Shown: positions 1-11,450, numbered from the stretch's first letter. The stretch is DNA of 64,000 bases from Lama guanicoe (GCA_013239625.1 MU054001.1:496001-560000), one strand, 5' to 3'. The notes: a model not told the origin generated them from the sequence alone. Program-made: numbers and translations.

Positions 1-65
1 AACTTGATTTACAAAACAGGCAACAGGCTGGGTTTGGCCCAGAGGTCACAGTTGGCCAATTCTTG
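1..65. mobile_element. MER58-type hAT-Charlie MITE terminus
   Basis: ACAAAACAGGCAACAGGCTGGGTTTGGCCC...CAGTTGGCCAATTCTTG resembles the MER58 terminal sequence; cut by the window edge. Confidence 0.6.
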
Positions 66-369
66 ATATAAGAGGACAAACTTAAACCAACGGTGAAAAA
101 TTGGGTCTGCTTTCAACCTACTGGCTCCTTTCCTTTGAGTCTCAATTTCCCCATTAGTACAATGAGAGGGTTGAACTAGACCATTGGTCTCACACTGAAC
201 TTCCTAAAGGACAGGCAAATAGGACAGAAGTGTGACGTGGTTGGGGGTGGGAGGGGGACAAGCTGGAGGCCACCTCTCTCTTCTTGGGTAGCTGTGACTT
301 AACTCCTGCTGATGGTGGCCAGGTCTCCGGAGAATAATCTCAGCAAGCAGAATTGTACGTGAGCTGCTG

Positions 370-575
370 AGATTTGTAAAAACTTTGTACTGCCATGTAG
401 CATGCGCACGGGAACGTGCACATGGCTTCATTATCCACCTTGATGAATTTTCTCAAACTGAATACATCCATGTAACTAACACCCAAGCCAAGAGCAGGAG
501 GTGACCAGCACACCAAAATCCTTCCTCCTACCGCTTTCCAGGAATCAATCCCAAGGGAACTGTTTCTTGACTTTG
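370..575 (-). mobile_element. Old L1 (L1MC/MD/ME) 3' UTR fragment
   Basis: TTGATGAATTTTCTCAAACTGAATACATCCATGTAAC...ACCCAAGCCAAG resembles the antisense L1M 3' end. Confidence 0.65.
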
Positions 576-939
576 TTCCAGTTCTTAATGCAGCACCTAG
601 TTCTCTCTCTCTCTCTTTAGCTCTGTGTAGACTAAATGCTTCGAAAGGCCACTGTTCAACACCTGGCTTGGGCCTGTCCGGCCCTCAGTGACTTGTTAGT
701 GATGACACTTCCAGACACATGAAATCGCAGGCTGCTGCCGAGAACAGGCCAAGCAGAGCGGACAGCCCTGCGGGGCAGGTGGGCAGGTGGGCAGGGCCCG
801 GGGAGTGAGTGGCCGATGTTTTCGTTCCCCTGAAGGCGTGTGCAGCGAGCAATCAGAGTGACAATGCAGCCCAAGGGGCATCTAAGTGCCTTCCGAGGAG
901 GGCAGCGGGAGGAGGCCAGGCCGGGCAGGCGCACTCGGC

Positions 940-1090
940 CGGCTTATTAAAACCACTTTGATCCCGGGCTGCTTTGATATCCCGGGTCTTATAAAGAATT
1001 CACTTTCAGGGGTAAATATAGGTAGTTCAGAGAGATTTTATGACATACTGTACAGGCTCCTCTTCCAGAGACTTACTTAATTACTGCGGT
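940..1090. promoter_or_regulatory. Candidate enhancer (2x TCF/LEF, FOX, posterior HOX/CDX)
   Basis: CTTTGAT at 956-962 and 972-978, GTAAATA 1012-1018, TTTTATGAC 1036-1044; unique, CpG-retaining DNA. Confidence 0.5.
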
Positions 1091-1359
1091 GGGGAGGGCT
1101 GGGGGCAGCAAAAATGCTGACAGAGAGGGGCTGGCCTCGGTGTCGGCTGCAGTCCACCGGCAGCACTGCCAGGCTCACCCTGCAGCCCCTGCCAGGGGAG
1201 GGAGCGTCTGTGTTGGCCTCGCCACCACCCCTGCCCAGGAAAGGCCGAGGCTGGGGGAAGAGGGAGGACCCCGCTTTCCGCAGTTTGATCCAGGGCATTG
1301 GAAGAGGAGCGGGGCGAGAGGCGGGGGATGCAGGCCATGCCGCCTGATGGCCAGTGCCT

Positions 1360-1550
1360 GTCACAGTCAGACCTGGCTTCTAATGCAGGCTCTGCCACCG
1401 AGTTACCACAGGCCAAAGCACCTCTGAGAGCCTCGGTTTTCTCATTTGGAAAGTGGGAACAAGCAGCGCCCACCTCCTCGGGCAGGGGTAAGGAGGTTAT
1501 AGGCTCAGATGCAAGGGAGGGCCTGACAGTGCTTAGCACGTGGTCAGAAG
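1360..1550 (+). mobile_element. MIR SINE
   Basis: CAGACCTGGCTTCTAATGCAGGCTCTGCCAC...GAGCCTCGGTTTTCTCATTTGGAAAGTGGG matches the MIR core. Confidence 0.75.
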
Positions 1551-1835
1551 AAAACCCAGCTTCACTGGTACCAGAACCATGCCCTTTGGTGGACCCCAGG
1601 CCCCATCTCGTTCCCTCCAGGCTGTAGGAGGAGATGCTGTGCTGCTGAGGACCCACTCTTGACATGCTCCTGGCTCAGACCCCTCCTCAGTCCGGAAGAC
1701 TTCCCCACCTACGCTGGTCCTGCAACACAGAACCAGCAGGATGCGGGATGCGGGTAGGGTAGTAAGTGCCCATGGCAGGAGAGGTAAAAAGAGGCCGGGG
1801 ACGGATTCCTGGGCTGCAAAGGAGCATGGACTAGA

Positions 1836-1950
1836 ACAGTGCTTCTCACCCTTAACGTGTGGAGCTTCTCAAAAGGCGGATTCCGATTTCGCAGGTATGG
1901 GGCAGCGAGATTCGGCCTTTCTGCAGCATTTCCGATGCTGCTGGTTGGCA
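1836..1950. mobile_element. MER5A/MER5A1 hAT-Charlie MITE
   Basis: CAGTGCTTCTCA terminus; GGATTCCGATTTCGCAGGTATGGGGC...GATGCTGCTGGT body. Confidence 0.55.
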
Positions 1951-2457
1951 ATCTGCCCTGCAAATTGAGGGCCTAGGTGATCCCTGGGGTTCTCCCGCCA
2001 TGCACGTTCCCTGTCTGAGCCATTCAAAGGGTGCTCAATCCAGAATAATTCCTCATCTGTCAAGTTCTCCGGCATTGGAGTCATCCAGAGAGAGGACACA
2101 CACAAACCACTTCAAATAGTGCCGAAATTTTACTCCGTGCTCAAAAATGACGATTGAAATTGTTATTTTATTGGATCGCCTCTCAGGACAGAGACTCAGC
2201 ATCATTTATATCTATCAAAGCTTCTTTTGTTGACCATCTCTGCATATTTGATCCTCTAGAAAAAAACCATGAAGATAACAAGGCTGCGGCGTAAAATCTC
2301 ACAAGAAATTGCTATAGTCAGCACCACTTTATAGACGGGAAAACTGAAGGTCAGGCAAACGGGCTGATCAGTGAGTAAGCCAGGATTGGAATCAGCTGAG
2401 AATGTCAAACCCAAGTGTTTTCTGCTACAGCCCACCCTCAGTGAGTTCTCCCATCTG

Positions 2458-2460
<3 letters not shown>

Positions 2461-2514
<54 letters not shown>
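2461..2514 (+). repeat. (CA)27 microsatellite
   Basis: Perfect CA run. Confidence 0.98.
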
Positions 2515-2517
<3 letters not shown>

Positions 2518-2599
2518 TGGTTCTACCACAGCACTAGGCACATAGAACTCACGTACCCTTTGTTACCTTGTAGAGTTGTTATTTCGTTTTCATGCCAAA

Positions 2600-2725
2600 T
2601 GTCCCATTAGCTATACACTCTTGATGGGCAAGAGTCACGTCTCCCTCATGGTTGATTCTCTGGAATCTAGCACTGGTCCTGTTGTATACCATAAGTGCTC
2701 CATAAATGCCTGTTTAATGAAAAGA
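2600..2725 (+). mobile_element. L2 3' end
   Basis: GATGGGCAAGAGTCACGTCT...TCTAGCAC...TAAGTGCTCCATAAATGCCTGTTTAATGAA. Confidence 0.65.
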
Positions 2726-3165
2726 AGGACTAATTCAAGAAATGAGCACATTTACTAAAACATCCTTGGAGAGGGGCAGTGAGTTGGCTACCTTTCCAGT
2801 AACCAGCTAAATCAGTTCCCCCAGCCTTCCTGCTGGGTCTGGGGAATAACTGCCACATGGCAGACAATGAGCACGTCAGAGAAAAATGGTGCCTGAAATC
2901 TAGACAATACCTCCTTTTGCTGTCATGGCCTGCTACCTCATCCCCTGTTCTCCCCAAACTGCAATCCAAGAAGGATGAGATGAAAACAGAATTTCAAAGC
3001 AGAGTCGACTTCAGGACAGAGAGAAAGAGGGGCCTTCTACATTCCCGGGGCCCCTCAGTGCCCTAGCAGAGGTTTTCCACATAGCAGGTGCCCACAGATG
3101 CTTTTGGATGAATGAGTCAGTGTTGGGTTCAAGCAGGAGAGCAGGATAACTGCCCCCAGGTCCAA

Positions 3166-3166
<1 letters not shown>

Positions 3167-3212
<46 letters not shown>
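3167..3212 (+). repeat. (CA)23 microsatellite
   Basis: Perfect CA run. Confidence 0.98.
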
Positions 3213-3216
<4 letters not shown>

Positions 3217-3384
3217 TACACTTATGCCCATATATTCACACTACACACACCCTCTTGGCATGGGAAGGAAACTGCCTGCAGGTGGAAGGGACCCTGGCAT
3301 CCATCAGTCTGGGGACAGGAGCCCTCTGCTCTGATTTTTTTCTCCTTCCTCTCCCTTCGGCTCCTCTCCTGGCCCTGGAGCTAA

Positions 3385-3760
3385 AGCAGTAACTAATATT
3401 GTTTCCTGGCCTAAATAGATAATTGCCCTTCTGGCTGGATAAAAGATGTCTCACAGAGCAGAGCGAAATATCATTAATAAAGGAGACTGATTTACTCAGG
3501 AATTCCTCCAGAAGTGAGATTAATAAGCCATCCCCTGGTGTTAGATATAATCTTCAGTTCTCTCCTCACCGCATGACTTATTTTTGCAACAACTGCACTA
3601 TTCTGTCATTAATCATTACAGGAGGCCAGCAGTTTATCTAGGCTAATGGGCCTGATACACAAACACAACAACTTTTCCCTCCCATTTGACAAGGGAGAAA
3701 TTCAGGGGGAAAATTCATCAGCTGTATGTTTCTTTTTAAGGAAATAAGCTACTACTTTCC
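3385..3760. promoter_or_regulatory. Candidate enhancer with PBX-HOX-MEIS motifs
   Basis: TGATTTAC 3488-3495; CTGTCATTAATCA 3603-3615 (= TGATTAATGACAG on minus); many TAAT cores in a unique AT-rich island. Confidence 0.55.
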
Positions 3761-4336
3761 CAGGATTCAGAGCATAGACACACCGTGGTGTACATAAACA
3801 TGACGTATGACTTTGGATGGGTCCATATATGTGGAGGACATCTGTGGATAGATAAACACAGGGCACGACCATGTGTGTGCATACACGCCATGTGATTCTG
3901 TGTGTGGTTAAAAGTACATAAGCTATGTTTGTGTATGAATGCATATAGGGCACAAACCAATATATTCAAGTATCAGAATCTCCGAATATCTGGCATGGGA
4001 GTGTGTGCTCAGCTTTACATATAAACGGACAGGTGGCATGAACCTATGTATGTGGAAATGTACTTGGTGTGTGACTGTGTGTGTGAATGTATATGCCTAT
4101 ATATGACATTGTGTATGTAAATATATGATGGATGATTTTCACTATGTGTAGCCCAGCTAATGAATGTATGCTCAAGAAATGTTTCCTCTACTAAATTGAA
4201 AGCCAAAAATCTGTTCAATCTGAAGAAAAATTATTAGCAAACTTCTAAATTACCCATTTCTGCTCCTCTGGATTTTCTTTCTTTCTATCTATGTATCTAC
4301 CTACCTACCTACGTATCTGATGATCTCCTTATCTGC

Positions 4337-4545
4337 TGTCTTAGGCTGGGCACCCTAGAAGCAGAAATAAGACAGGGAGTCCTATAGTTGATTTATGGGG
4401 TGGAGGAGAGGTTGCCTTCCCTGGCACTGAGGCAGAGGGCAACCTCCGCAGAAAGTAGCAGCTGTGAGCCGTTAGCATCCAACACTCACAGCAGCTGGGG
4501 ACAGGCACAGCTGCCCAGCACAGGGAGTCTGGGAGCGGCGCCTTA
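4337..4545 (-). mobile_element. ERVL-class LTR remnant (LTR33-like)
   Basis: TGTCTTAGGCTGGGCACCCTAGAAGCAGA start and GCAGCTGTGAGCCGTTAGCATCCAACACTCACAGCAGCTGGGG block. Confidence 0.6.
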
Positions 4546-6599
4546 GAATCTAATGTACCTACCCGGTCAAGATCGGAGCTAGACTGGAAGAGTCCTTAAC
4601 AACCAGGATCTGGAATTTCCTAAGACTCGATAGTGTGGGGAAGAGGGTACTGATGGGCTTCAAAAGTTCTAAGATTGGAGCTGGGCTTCAGGACAACAGC
4701 CCTCGGGACTCTTAGAAGCAAAGCTGTGATGGTCCAAGAGATACCTGGGGAATTAATGGAGGTGCCGAACTCCCAGGTGCTACAGCCTCCACCCTGGTCC
4801 TTCAGGGGCCTACTGAGCCACAGTGCCCGGTGGGGCCCCAAGCCTGTGCGCACAGAGCCCACAGTGGCCCTGCCAGCCCCTCCCCCAGCACACAGGCAGT
4901 TCTGGCCACCGTCAATGGCAGCATTCAGCCAGATGGGTTCCTGTCCCTTGGCCACAGAAATGCCTGATCCCAGTGGGGAGGTGAGAGGCCGCTGGGTGCT
5001 TATTTATAAACCAAGCTCCCCGTCCTTGTGGCGGCCCGTGTGGACAGCCGGCCCTGAGCCCAAGCTCCGACAGAGCCCACGCTTGTCTGGGCATCGGAGG
5101 GCAGCCAGCCTGGCCCCCGTCTCGGGCAGGAACCGGGCAACAGCCCGCAGCTTGGGTTGCATCCTTGCCCCCTCCCCGTGCCATGGAGGAGTCGGGTGGT
5201 TACACAGGCATTTCTGATGTTGTCTCATGAAACCCGAGTCCTGAATTCTGAATTACGGCCACGCTCTGGCCGCTTCACTCGGTGACTAGAAGGAATGTGA
5301 AATGGGGCAATTCTGGCCACCTCTGCCAATTGTAGTTCGGAGAATGTGGTATTTGTAGATGGAATTAGAGGCAGCTTTCATGTTAACAGATTGAAATGAG
5401 CAGGGTTGGGTTTTGCAAAATAAACTCCTCTCGGTCTGAGCTGCCTGGTGGTAGCCCAGGCTGCAGACACCTCCATCTGACTCATCCGGGCCCTGACACC
5501 CACGCGCACACCCTCACAGCCACCCATGCACGACACAGCCACATCGGAGGAAAGGCTCCTCTGTCCAGCGGTTCAGAGCCCAGAGCCTGCTGGGTTCAAA
5601 TCCCAGCTCCACCACTTAATGAATGAGCTGAATGACCTTTGCCAAGTCCTTGGTAGTAGAATGTCTTCACACTTCCCTAATACTTGTTTATCTTCTTTCT
5701 CAACAAAGAGAGAGCCTCACCTTGAACTTGGACCTTGAAGGGCCACAGCAGCTAGCTGGAATGGAAAACTGCCGTGTTCCCTGTGCTCCTTTTTATCATT
5801 TAATGCTCTTTATGCCAAATGATCTTGATTTTTCCGTTTCTGGTAGCAGTCCAAGGTTTCTTTTTCAAGTAAATTTAAGTTTACAAGTGAGTTGATTTAA
5901 AAATAAATATTGTAACAAGGGATGGTCAAATTAGTCTGTGGACGTGGGGGAACACAAGCAAAGGAGGTCTTCCAACGACTGCAGTAAGGAAAAGGCTGCA
6001 TTTTGCTTTCCTGCTTCTCCAGACCTGGGCAACCCGATCCCCGAGCCCTCTCTGTGGGAGTCTGAGTGCTGGGGCAGCCTTAAATGGATTCTGCCAGGAG
6101 AGTCCATGGGGCCGGGACCTGCCCGTGGCCCTTGCAGGGTGGGGAGCCCCTTCCCTGCGCCCTGCTGATTGGAGACACTGTCTAAACAGTCGGCCCAGCC
6201 TCCAGCCCTCAGCTGGAGTTCTAGAAATTCAATAAGACTTCTAGCTGGAGGGGAGGACTGTTTTAAGGTTCCAAATGGATGCAGGGGGGGCTGTAGTACC
6301 TTCCTCAAGTGAGACTCCAAATGTGGAAGGAAGAGAGAGAACGGGAGGGACCCCCCAACACACACACGCATGCAAACATATACACAAACTGACAAATACA
6401 CACATAAACACACGTGTGCAGACACACACACTCACACAACTGCTTTCTCTCTCTAAGAACCAGATCCTGGCAGAGGCCAGTGCAGTGGAGAGACCAGCTC
6501 TTCCAGGGCCTGTCTTGCCTCTGGTCCAAGGCCCTCCTCCCTCCTCCCAAAATGGAAGTCGTAACTCCACACAGCGCCTGACGGAAAAGGTATGTGCTC

Positions 6600-7065
6600 C
6601 GTCCTGGCCTAATTACAGGGGCCATCCTGGGCCTGGCCTGGCCAGCCTTTCCCTGCTCCCCTGCCCGTCTTCTTCCCTGCGTGCCGGGGCGTCTCTGGCC
6701 AGGCTGTTTCCCGGACACGGTGTCCATTAGGCCTCAATTACCCGGCAGGGCCGCGGCCTTTGAAGTGGCTGCAGAGGCCGCCGGGAGGCTATTTTTCTCT
6801 CACCTGTCACCACTTATTTTCCTGGGCTCCTGGCCTGTGGCCCGGCATTTTTAACTAATGGGGATTAAATAATCCAGCTGTAATACAAATGCCCACTCCC
6901 GGCCCCTGGGTCCACCTCGGAGTCATTAAGACCTCAGCCGGAGCTGGCAGGCACTCCCCGTGGAAGGGGTAAGGAGAGGCTGGGCCGCACATTCTGGGTT
7001 GTTTTTTTTTTTATTGCCTCCTCATTATAGCTATTATCCACAAACACAACCGCTAATGAGAGGGC
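6600..7065. promoter_or_regulatory. Candidate enhancer (TCF, inverted K50 homeodomain pair, E-box)
   Basis: CCTTTGAAG 6757-6765, GGATTAAATAATCC 6862-6875, CAGCTG 6875-6880, several TAAT/ATTA cores, CpG-rich. Confidence 0.55.
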
Positions 7066-7336
7066 TGAGGAATTTGGGAAAGGAAAGGTTTCATTTGGGC
7101 TGGAGAAGGAAGCCATCGTCTGCCCTGAAATAGCAAGGCCGTGTCTGAGATCGCCTCTCCCCCAGCACCCCCCAAGCCAGTGCGAGAGCTGGGGGAGGGT
7201 GGCTGAGGGCACAAGGGGGCAGGAGAGAGACCTGCAAGCTGGGGTTCCGATGCCTGAAAAGAAAGGGATGCCCAGGTCTCACCCGTGGGGTTGGCAATAG
7301 TTACTGCCCTGGCCACGGGTCCATCTGAGTGCTGTG

Positions 7337-7437
7337 CGGGGGCCGTGTAATTTATCACCCAGACGGGACACTCCTAAGAGTGAAAAGGGGCGCTTGTAAC
7401 AGTTTTTCCAGGACAACAGGCATAAACCAGGCATGTC
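7337..7437. mobile_element. MER81 hAT-Blackjack MITE (interrupted)
   Basis: TAATTTATCACCCAGACGGGACACTCCTAAGAGTGAAAAGGGGCGC...GGACAACAGGCATAAACC resembles MER81. Confidence 0.7.
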
Positions 7438-7810
7438 CAGGGCCGGGACGAAAGTGAAACACAGGAGGCACTCCCCTCGGCTGCCAAATTTAAGGGTGCG
7501 CCAAAATAGTGATCAAAGTAAATATTTTAAGGCGCTATTTTTTTTAAAAAAAACTCCAAATTAAGTACCCCCTCAAATTCCACAATGAACAGAATACCAA
7601 AAAGGTAAATAGAAGCAGGATCTGATAGGGCGGGGACTCAGGTGAAGAAAGTGAGGCCACATTGTTCAAGAGCAGGGTCAGAGCCTGTCTTAAAAATATT
7701 GATATTCTGTCTATCATGGATTTTTTGGGCTTAATATTGACTTTTAAAAGTATTATATGAAAATATTATTGATCTTAATTACTGAATCTTAACTTTTGCA
7801 CCCAAGGCTT
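7438..7810. mobile_element. MER96B-like palindromic hAT-Tip100 MITE
   Basis: CAGGGCCGGGAC...GAGGCACTCCCCTCGGCTGCCAAATTTAAGGG start; inverted arms ~7580-7625 and ~7678-7720. Confidence 0.7.
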
Positions 7811-7979
7811 TGCCAAACCAGATTTGGAAAATCAAATCCGTATCTGACCCCAGCTCTTGTCTCTGTCTCCCCAGCCCTCTGTGCTCTGACAAATGAACTC
7901 CGCTGGTTCCTGATCTCTTACTTCTGAGCCTCCATCCAGGCTGTTCCCTCTTCCTCAGACTCTCCTGTTCCCTTCCCTA

Positions 7980-8400
7980 TAACAATGACAAAAGTGGACA
8001 TTCATAACCACGTCCAGTGAGTCAATCCCTGGCTAAACACACAACACACTTCCACTCCCTCAGTGTGCTTGACTGTTTGTAAGGTAGGTATGGTGAGCAT
8101 CCTCATGTTATGGATGAGGAAGATGAGAGAGAAGCAGTAACTCACTAGTGCCTAAGCACTTAACGCCAGTCTCTCCTGCCTCTTCGCTCAGGCAGTACTG
8201 ACTCCATGTGCCGTCCTGTTCAAAGCACCAGTTCTGGGTTCACATCGTGGCTCTGGCTATGTCCAACCACACATTCCAGCCAAGTTATGCAAACCTTGTG
8301 CCTTGGATTCCTCAGCTATAAAATGGAGATAATCATAATACCCATTAATAGAGTTATTGTAAGGATCGAAGAGGTTAATATATGGAACATGCTTAGAACA
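7980..8400. mobile_element. Two MIRs head-to-head (minus ~7980-8200, plus ~8200-8400)
   Basis: CATCCTCATGTTATGGATGAGGAAGATGAG (minus core) and GGATTCCTCAGCTATAAAATGGAGATAAT (plus core). Confidence 0.65.
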
Positions 8401-8498
8401 GTGTCTGACTCGTGGCACTTTCTGGGTTTTGGCATTGAAAGTCCCACATCCTAGGAAACTCCTCAGTCCCATGCAAATCAGGATGGTTGTTCATCCTA
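8400..8498. mobile_element. MER94 hAT-Blackjack MITE
   Basis: GGCATTGAAAGTCCCACATCCTAGGAAACTCCTCAGTCCCATGCAAATCAGGATGGTTGTTCATCCTA. Confidence 0.7.
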
Positions 8499-9464
8499 AT
8501 GGGAGATGTTCAAAGTTAAATATTATTACTATTCAACTAGTGTCACTGTATCCCAGAAGTCTTCTGTGATCACCCACACATACTCCCAAATAGCCCAAAG
8601 TCTGGGTTAGGCATCCCTTCTTGTTGACAACACAGTTCCCTAAATCACCTGGTCATAGTACTCATCACATGGGATTGTAAACACCTGTTCTCATGTCCCT
8701 CACTCCCAGGAGACTGTAATCTCTAAAAAGGTGTCTCTGAGAGACAGCCAGAGCCACGATCTGAACCCAGAGCCCATGCTTTAACATGACTGCTCACCAC
8801 GTCAATCTGACCTGAGTGGAGAGGTAGGACTGTGACCACTCAGCCCTATATCCTGGCTTGTGGGGTGGTGCCCACCAGGTGCTAGGTGATCAAGAAATGT
8901 TTGTTGGATGAAGGGATGAATGAATGAGACACAGACATCCAGAAGGATGCAGTCTAGTAAGGCTGATAAAACTAGGCATAAAATATTAGAAACTCTACAA
9001 ATCAGTCCCTTCTTCTTCAGGGGAGGTGACAACACCCAGGGAGGTGAAATGGCCTGTCCCATCACACACAGCAAAGAAATATGAAGGCAGAGTTTGAAGG
9101 ATGGCATAGAGTCCCTTCTTGCTTGGATAGACCAGGTCTAGGCATGTCTCCTGGCATCGCCCTCACTAACAAGAGATAACCTAAGCCCCTCTGTTCTGCC
9201 CAGTGATCTCGGGGAAGGGCCATGGACTGGAACCAGGAGATCTGGGTTTCAGCCTCTTCAGGGATGTTGATTCTCATCAGGAACCTCAGTTTCCTTATCT
9301 GTCAAATAGCTATGCTGTCTGCCTGCCTGGACTCCTAGGGCTAACATGAACAAATAATAAAAAGAATAAATAATAACAGAATAAAAAAATAATAACAGAA
9401 AAATAATAAAGTGATGGACCTAAATCCAGCCATATCCATGCTCTCACTAAATGTTTATGGTCTA

Positions 9465-10480
9465 CCCACTAAGAGGTTAATATCCAAAATATATAAACAG
9501 TTCACACAACTCAATATGAAAAAAGACAACCCAATTAAAAATGGACAGAAGACCTGAATAGACATTTTTCCAAAGAGGAAATGTGCCAACAGGCACATGA
9601 AAAGGTGCTCAACATTGTTAATTATCAGAGAAATGCAAATTAAAACCACAATGAGATATCATCTCACACCTGTCAGAATAACTATTATCAAAAAGAACAC
9701 AAATAACAAACATTGGCAAGGGTGTGGAGAAACGGGAATCCTTGTACACCTCTAGTGGGAAGGTAAATTAGTGCAGCCACTGTGGAAAACAGTCTGGAGG
9801 TTTCTCAGAAAAGTAAAACTAGAACTACCATGGGACCCAACAATTCCATTCCTGGGCATATATCAGAAAACAATAACTATAACACTAATTTTAAAAGATA
9901 CAGCACTCCAGGGTTCAAAGTAGCACTATTGACAACAGCCAAGATGTGGATGCAACCTAAGTGGCCATCAACAGATGTCTGGATAAAGAAGATGTGATAA
10001 ACATAGTGATATATATATATCATACATATGTATATATCATATATAAATGCAATGGAATACTACTCAGCCACAAAAAGTGAAATTTTGCCATTTGTCACAA
10101 CATACAGGGTATTATGCTAAGTGAAATAAGTCAGACAGAGAAAGACAAATACTATACGATATCACTTATTTGTGGAATCTAAAAAATAAAACCAACTAGT
10201 GAATATAACAAAAAAGAAACAGACTCACAGATATAGAGAACATTGAACAGTGGTTGCCAGTGGGGAGAGAGCAGTGGGGAGGGACAAGATAGGCCTAGAG
10301 CATGAAGAGGTACAAATTATTACACATAAAGTAAATAACCAACAAGGATGTATTGTACAACACAGGGAACATAGCCAATATTTTATACTAACTATAAATG
10401 GAATATGACCTTTAAAAATTGTGAATCACTGTGTTGGAAAACTGAAACTTATATAATATTATACATCAGTTATACCTCGA

Positions 10481-10523
<43 letters not shown>

Positions 10524-10560
10524 AAGAATTTAATTCTGAGCAACTTTAAAAAAAAAGAAA
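9465..10560 (+). mobile_element. 5'-truncated L1 (ORF2 C-terminus + 3' UTR + A tail, L1MA-like) with 16-bp TSD
   Basis: Degraded ORF2 (LISKIYKQ...[10 protein letters not shown]...[17 protein letters not shown]); (TAAA)11 at 10481-10524; TSD AAATGTTTATGGTCTA 9449-9464 vs AAATATTTATGGGCTA 10561-10576. Confidence 0.93.
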
Positions 10561-10629
10561 AAATATTTATGGGCTAAACACTCTAATTAAAAGGCAGGGA
10601 CTGTCAATGAGAAATGAAGGTCATCCTAA

Positions 10630-11450
10630 GACCAGAGCAGCCACATGGGTGAATATAGGCCTGATATTTACCTTGTAGGGGCTGATACAGCTTAGTGGTT
10701 GTGAAAATACTGAAATACTTCCATACCAGTTGCTAACTGGACCTGAGTGCCCGCTTCATCCTAAACCCTAGCCCTTCCCTCTGAACCCAAACCCCTACCC
10801 GCCAGCATCTCAACTCTTCATGCCTAGCACAGCACAGGGACCCTGGGACCCTGCTCCAGCAAGAAGGCCATTGTCCATTTAATTTGATATTTCCAGTGAG
10901 GCACCAGTTGGCAATCTTTTGAAGGTCACCGCTGGATAAATGTCAAAATTGAAACCAGGAGTTACAAATGCCTCACTGAGGGTCTTGCCAGCCTCAGTAT
11001 GTGGTGTGTTTCAGTATTTTATTTCTTGCACACATTATGAAGAGGGTCCTGACTCACACCAAAAAATAGTTTCAAACAGTAACAGTTTTACTTTTGTATT
11101 AACAATTCAACTTGCAATCTCAGGATATACTTCAATTTAACAAAGGCATGCGCAGAGTTTTATTCCAAGGTGTTCTCCACCCTCTCGGCCAGAAAGTTAA
11201 ATTGGCAGCATGTAGTATGCAGCAATGATCTCCAGCCAATTTCAACTGGGGAACATACCTTGACATGCGTTTTGATATTTTTAATTTTCTACAATATTGT
11301 TTTTATCATAGCCTTTTTATTGCCATAAACATATATATGACAATAAATATCAGATATATCACACTTTATTAAACATATATTGAATATATATTTTTCTGAT
11401 CCATATGTATATATTTCTCCAGCTACAGTATAACTGGGGGTGGGTGGACA
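10630..11450. mobile_element. hAT-Tip100-type DNA transposon remnant (Arthur1/ORSL-like)
   Basis: GGTTGTGAAAATACTGAAATACTTCCATACCAGTTG subterminal motif; a related motif lies in opposite orientation at ~30745-30795. Confidence 0.45.

Noticed and set aside
1081..1665. 194-aa ORF and other 150-195 aa ORFs (4675, 30021, 36719, 42076, 63302)
   Set aside because: Composition typical of GC-rich non-coding DNA, several overlap MIR/L2, and none is recognisable
2256..3384. Poly-CV and poly-HT peptides
   Set aside because: Translations of (CA)n microsatellites
3770..4180. TG/TA-rich stretch
   Set aside because: Degenerate low-complexity simple repeat with no defined period
9455..9997. ORFs [10 protein letters not shown]... 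and [10 protein letters not shown]...
   Set aside because: Antisense and frameshifted translations of degraded L1 ORF2
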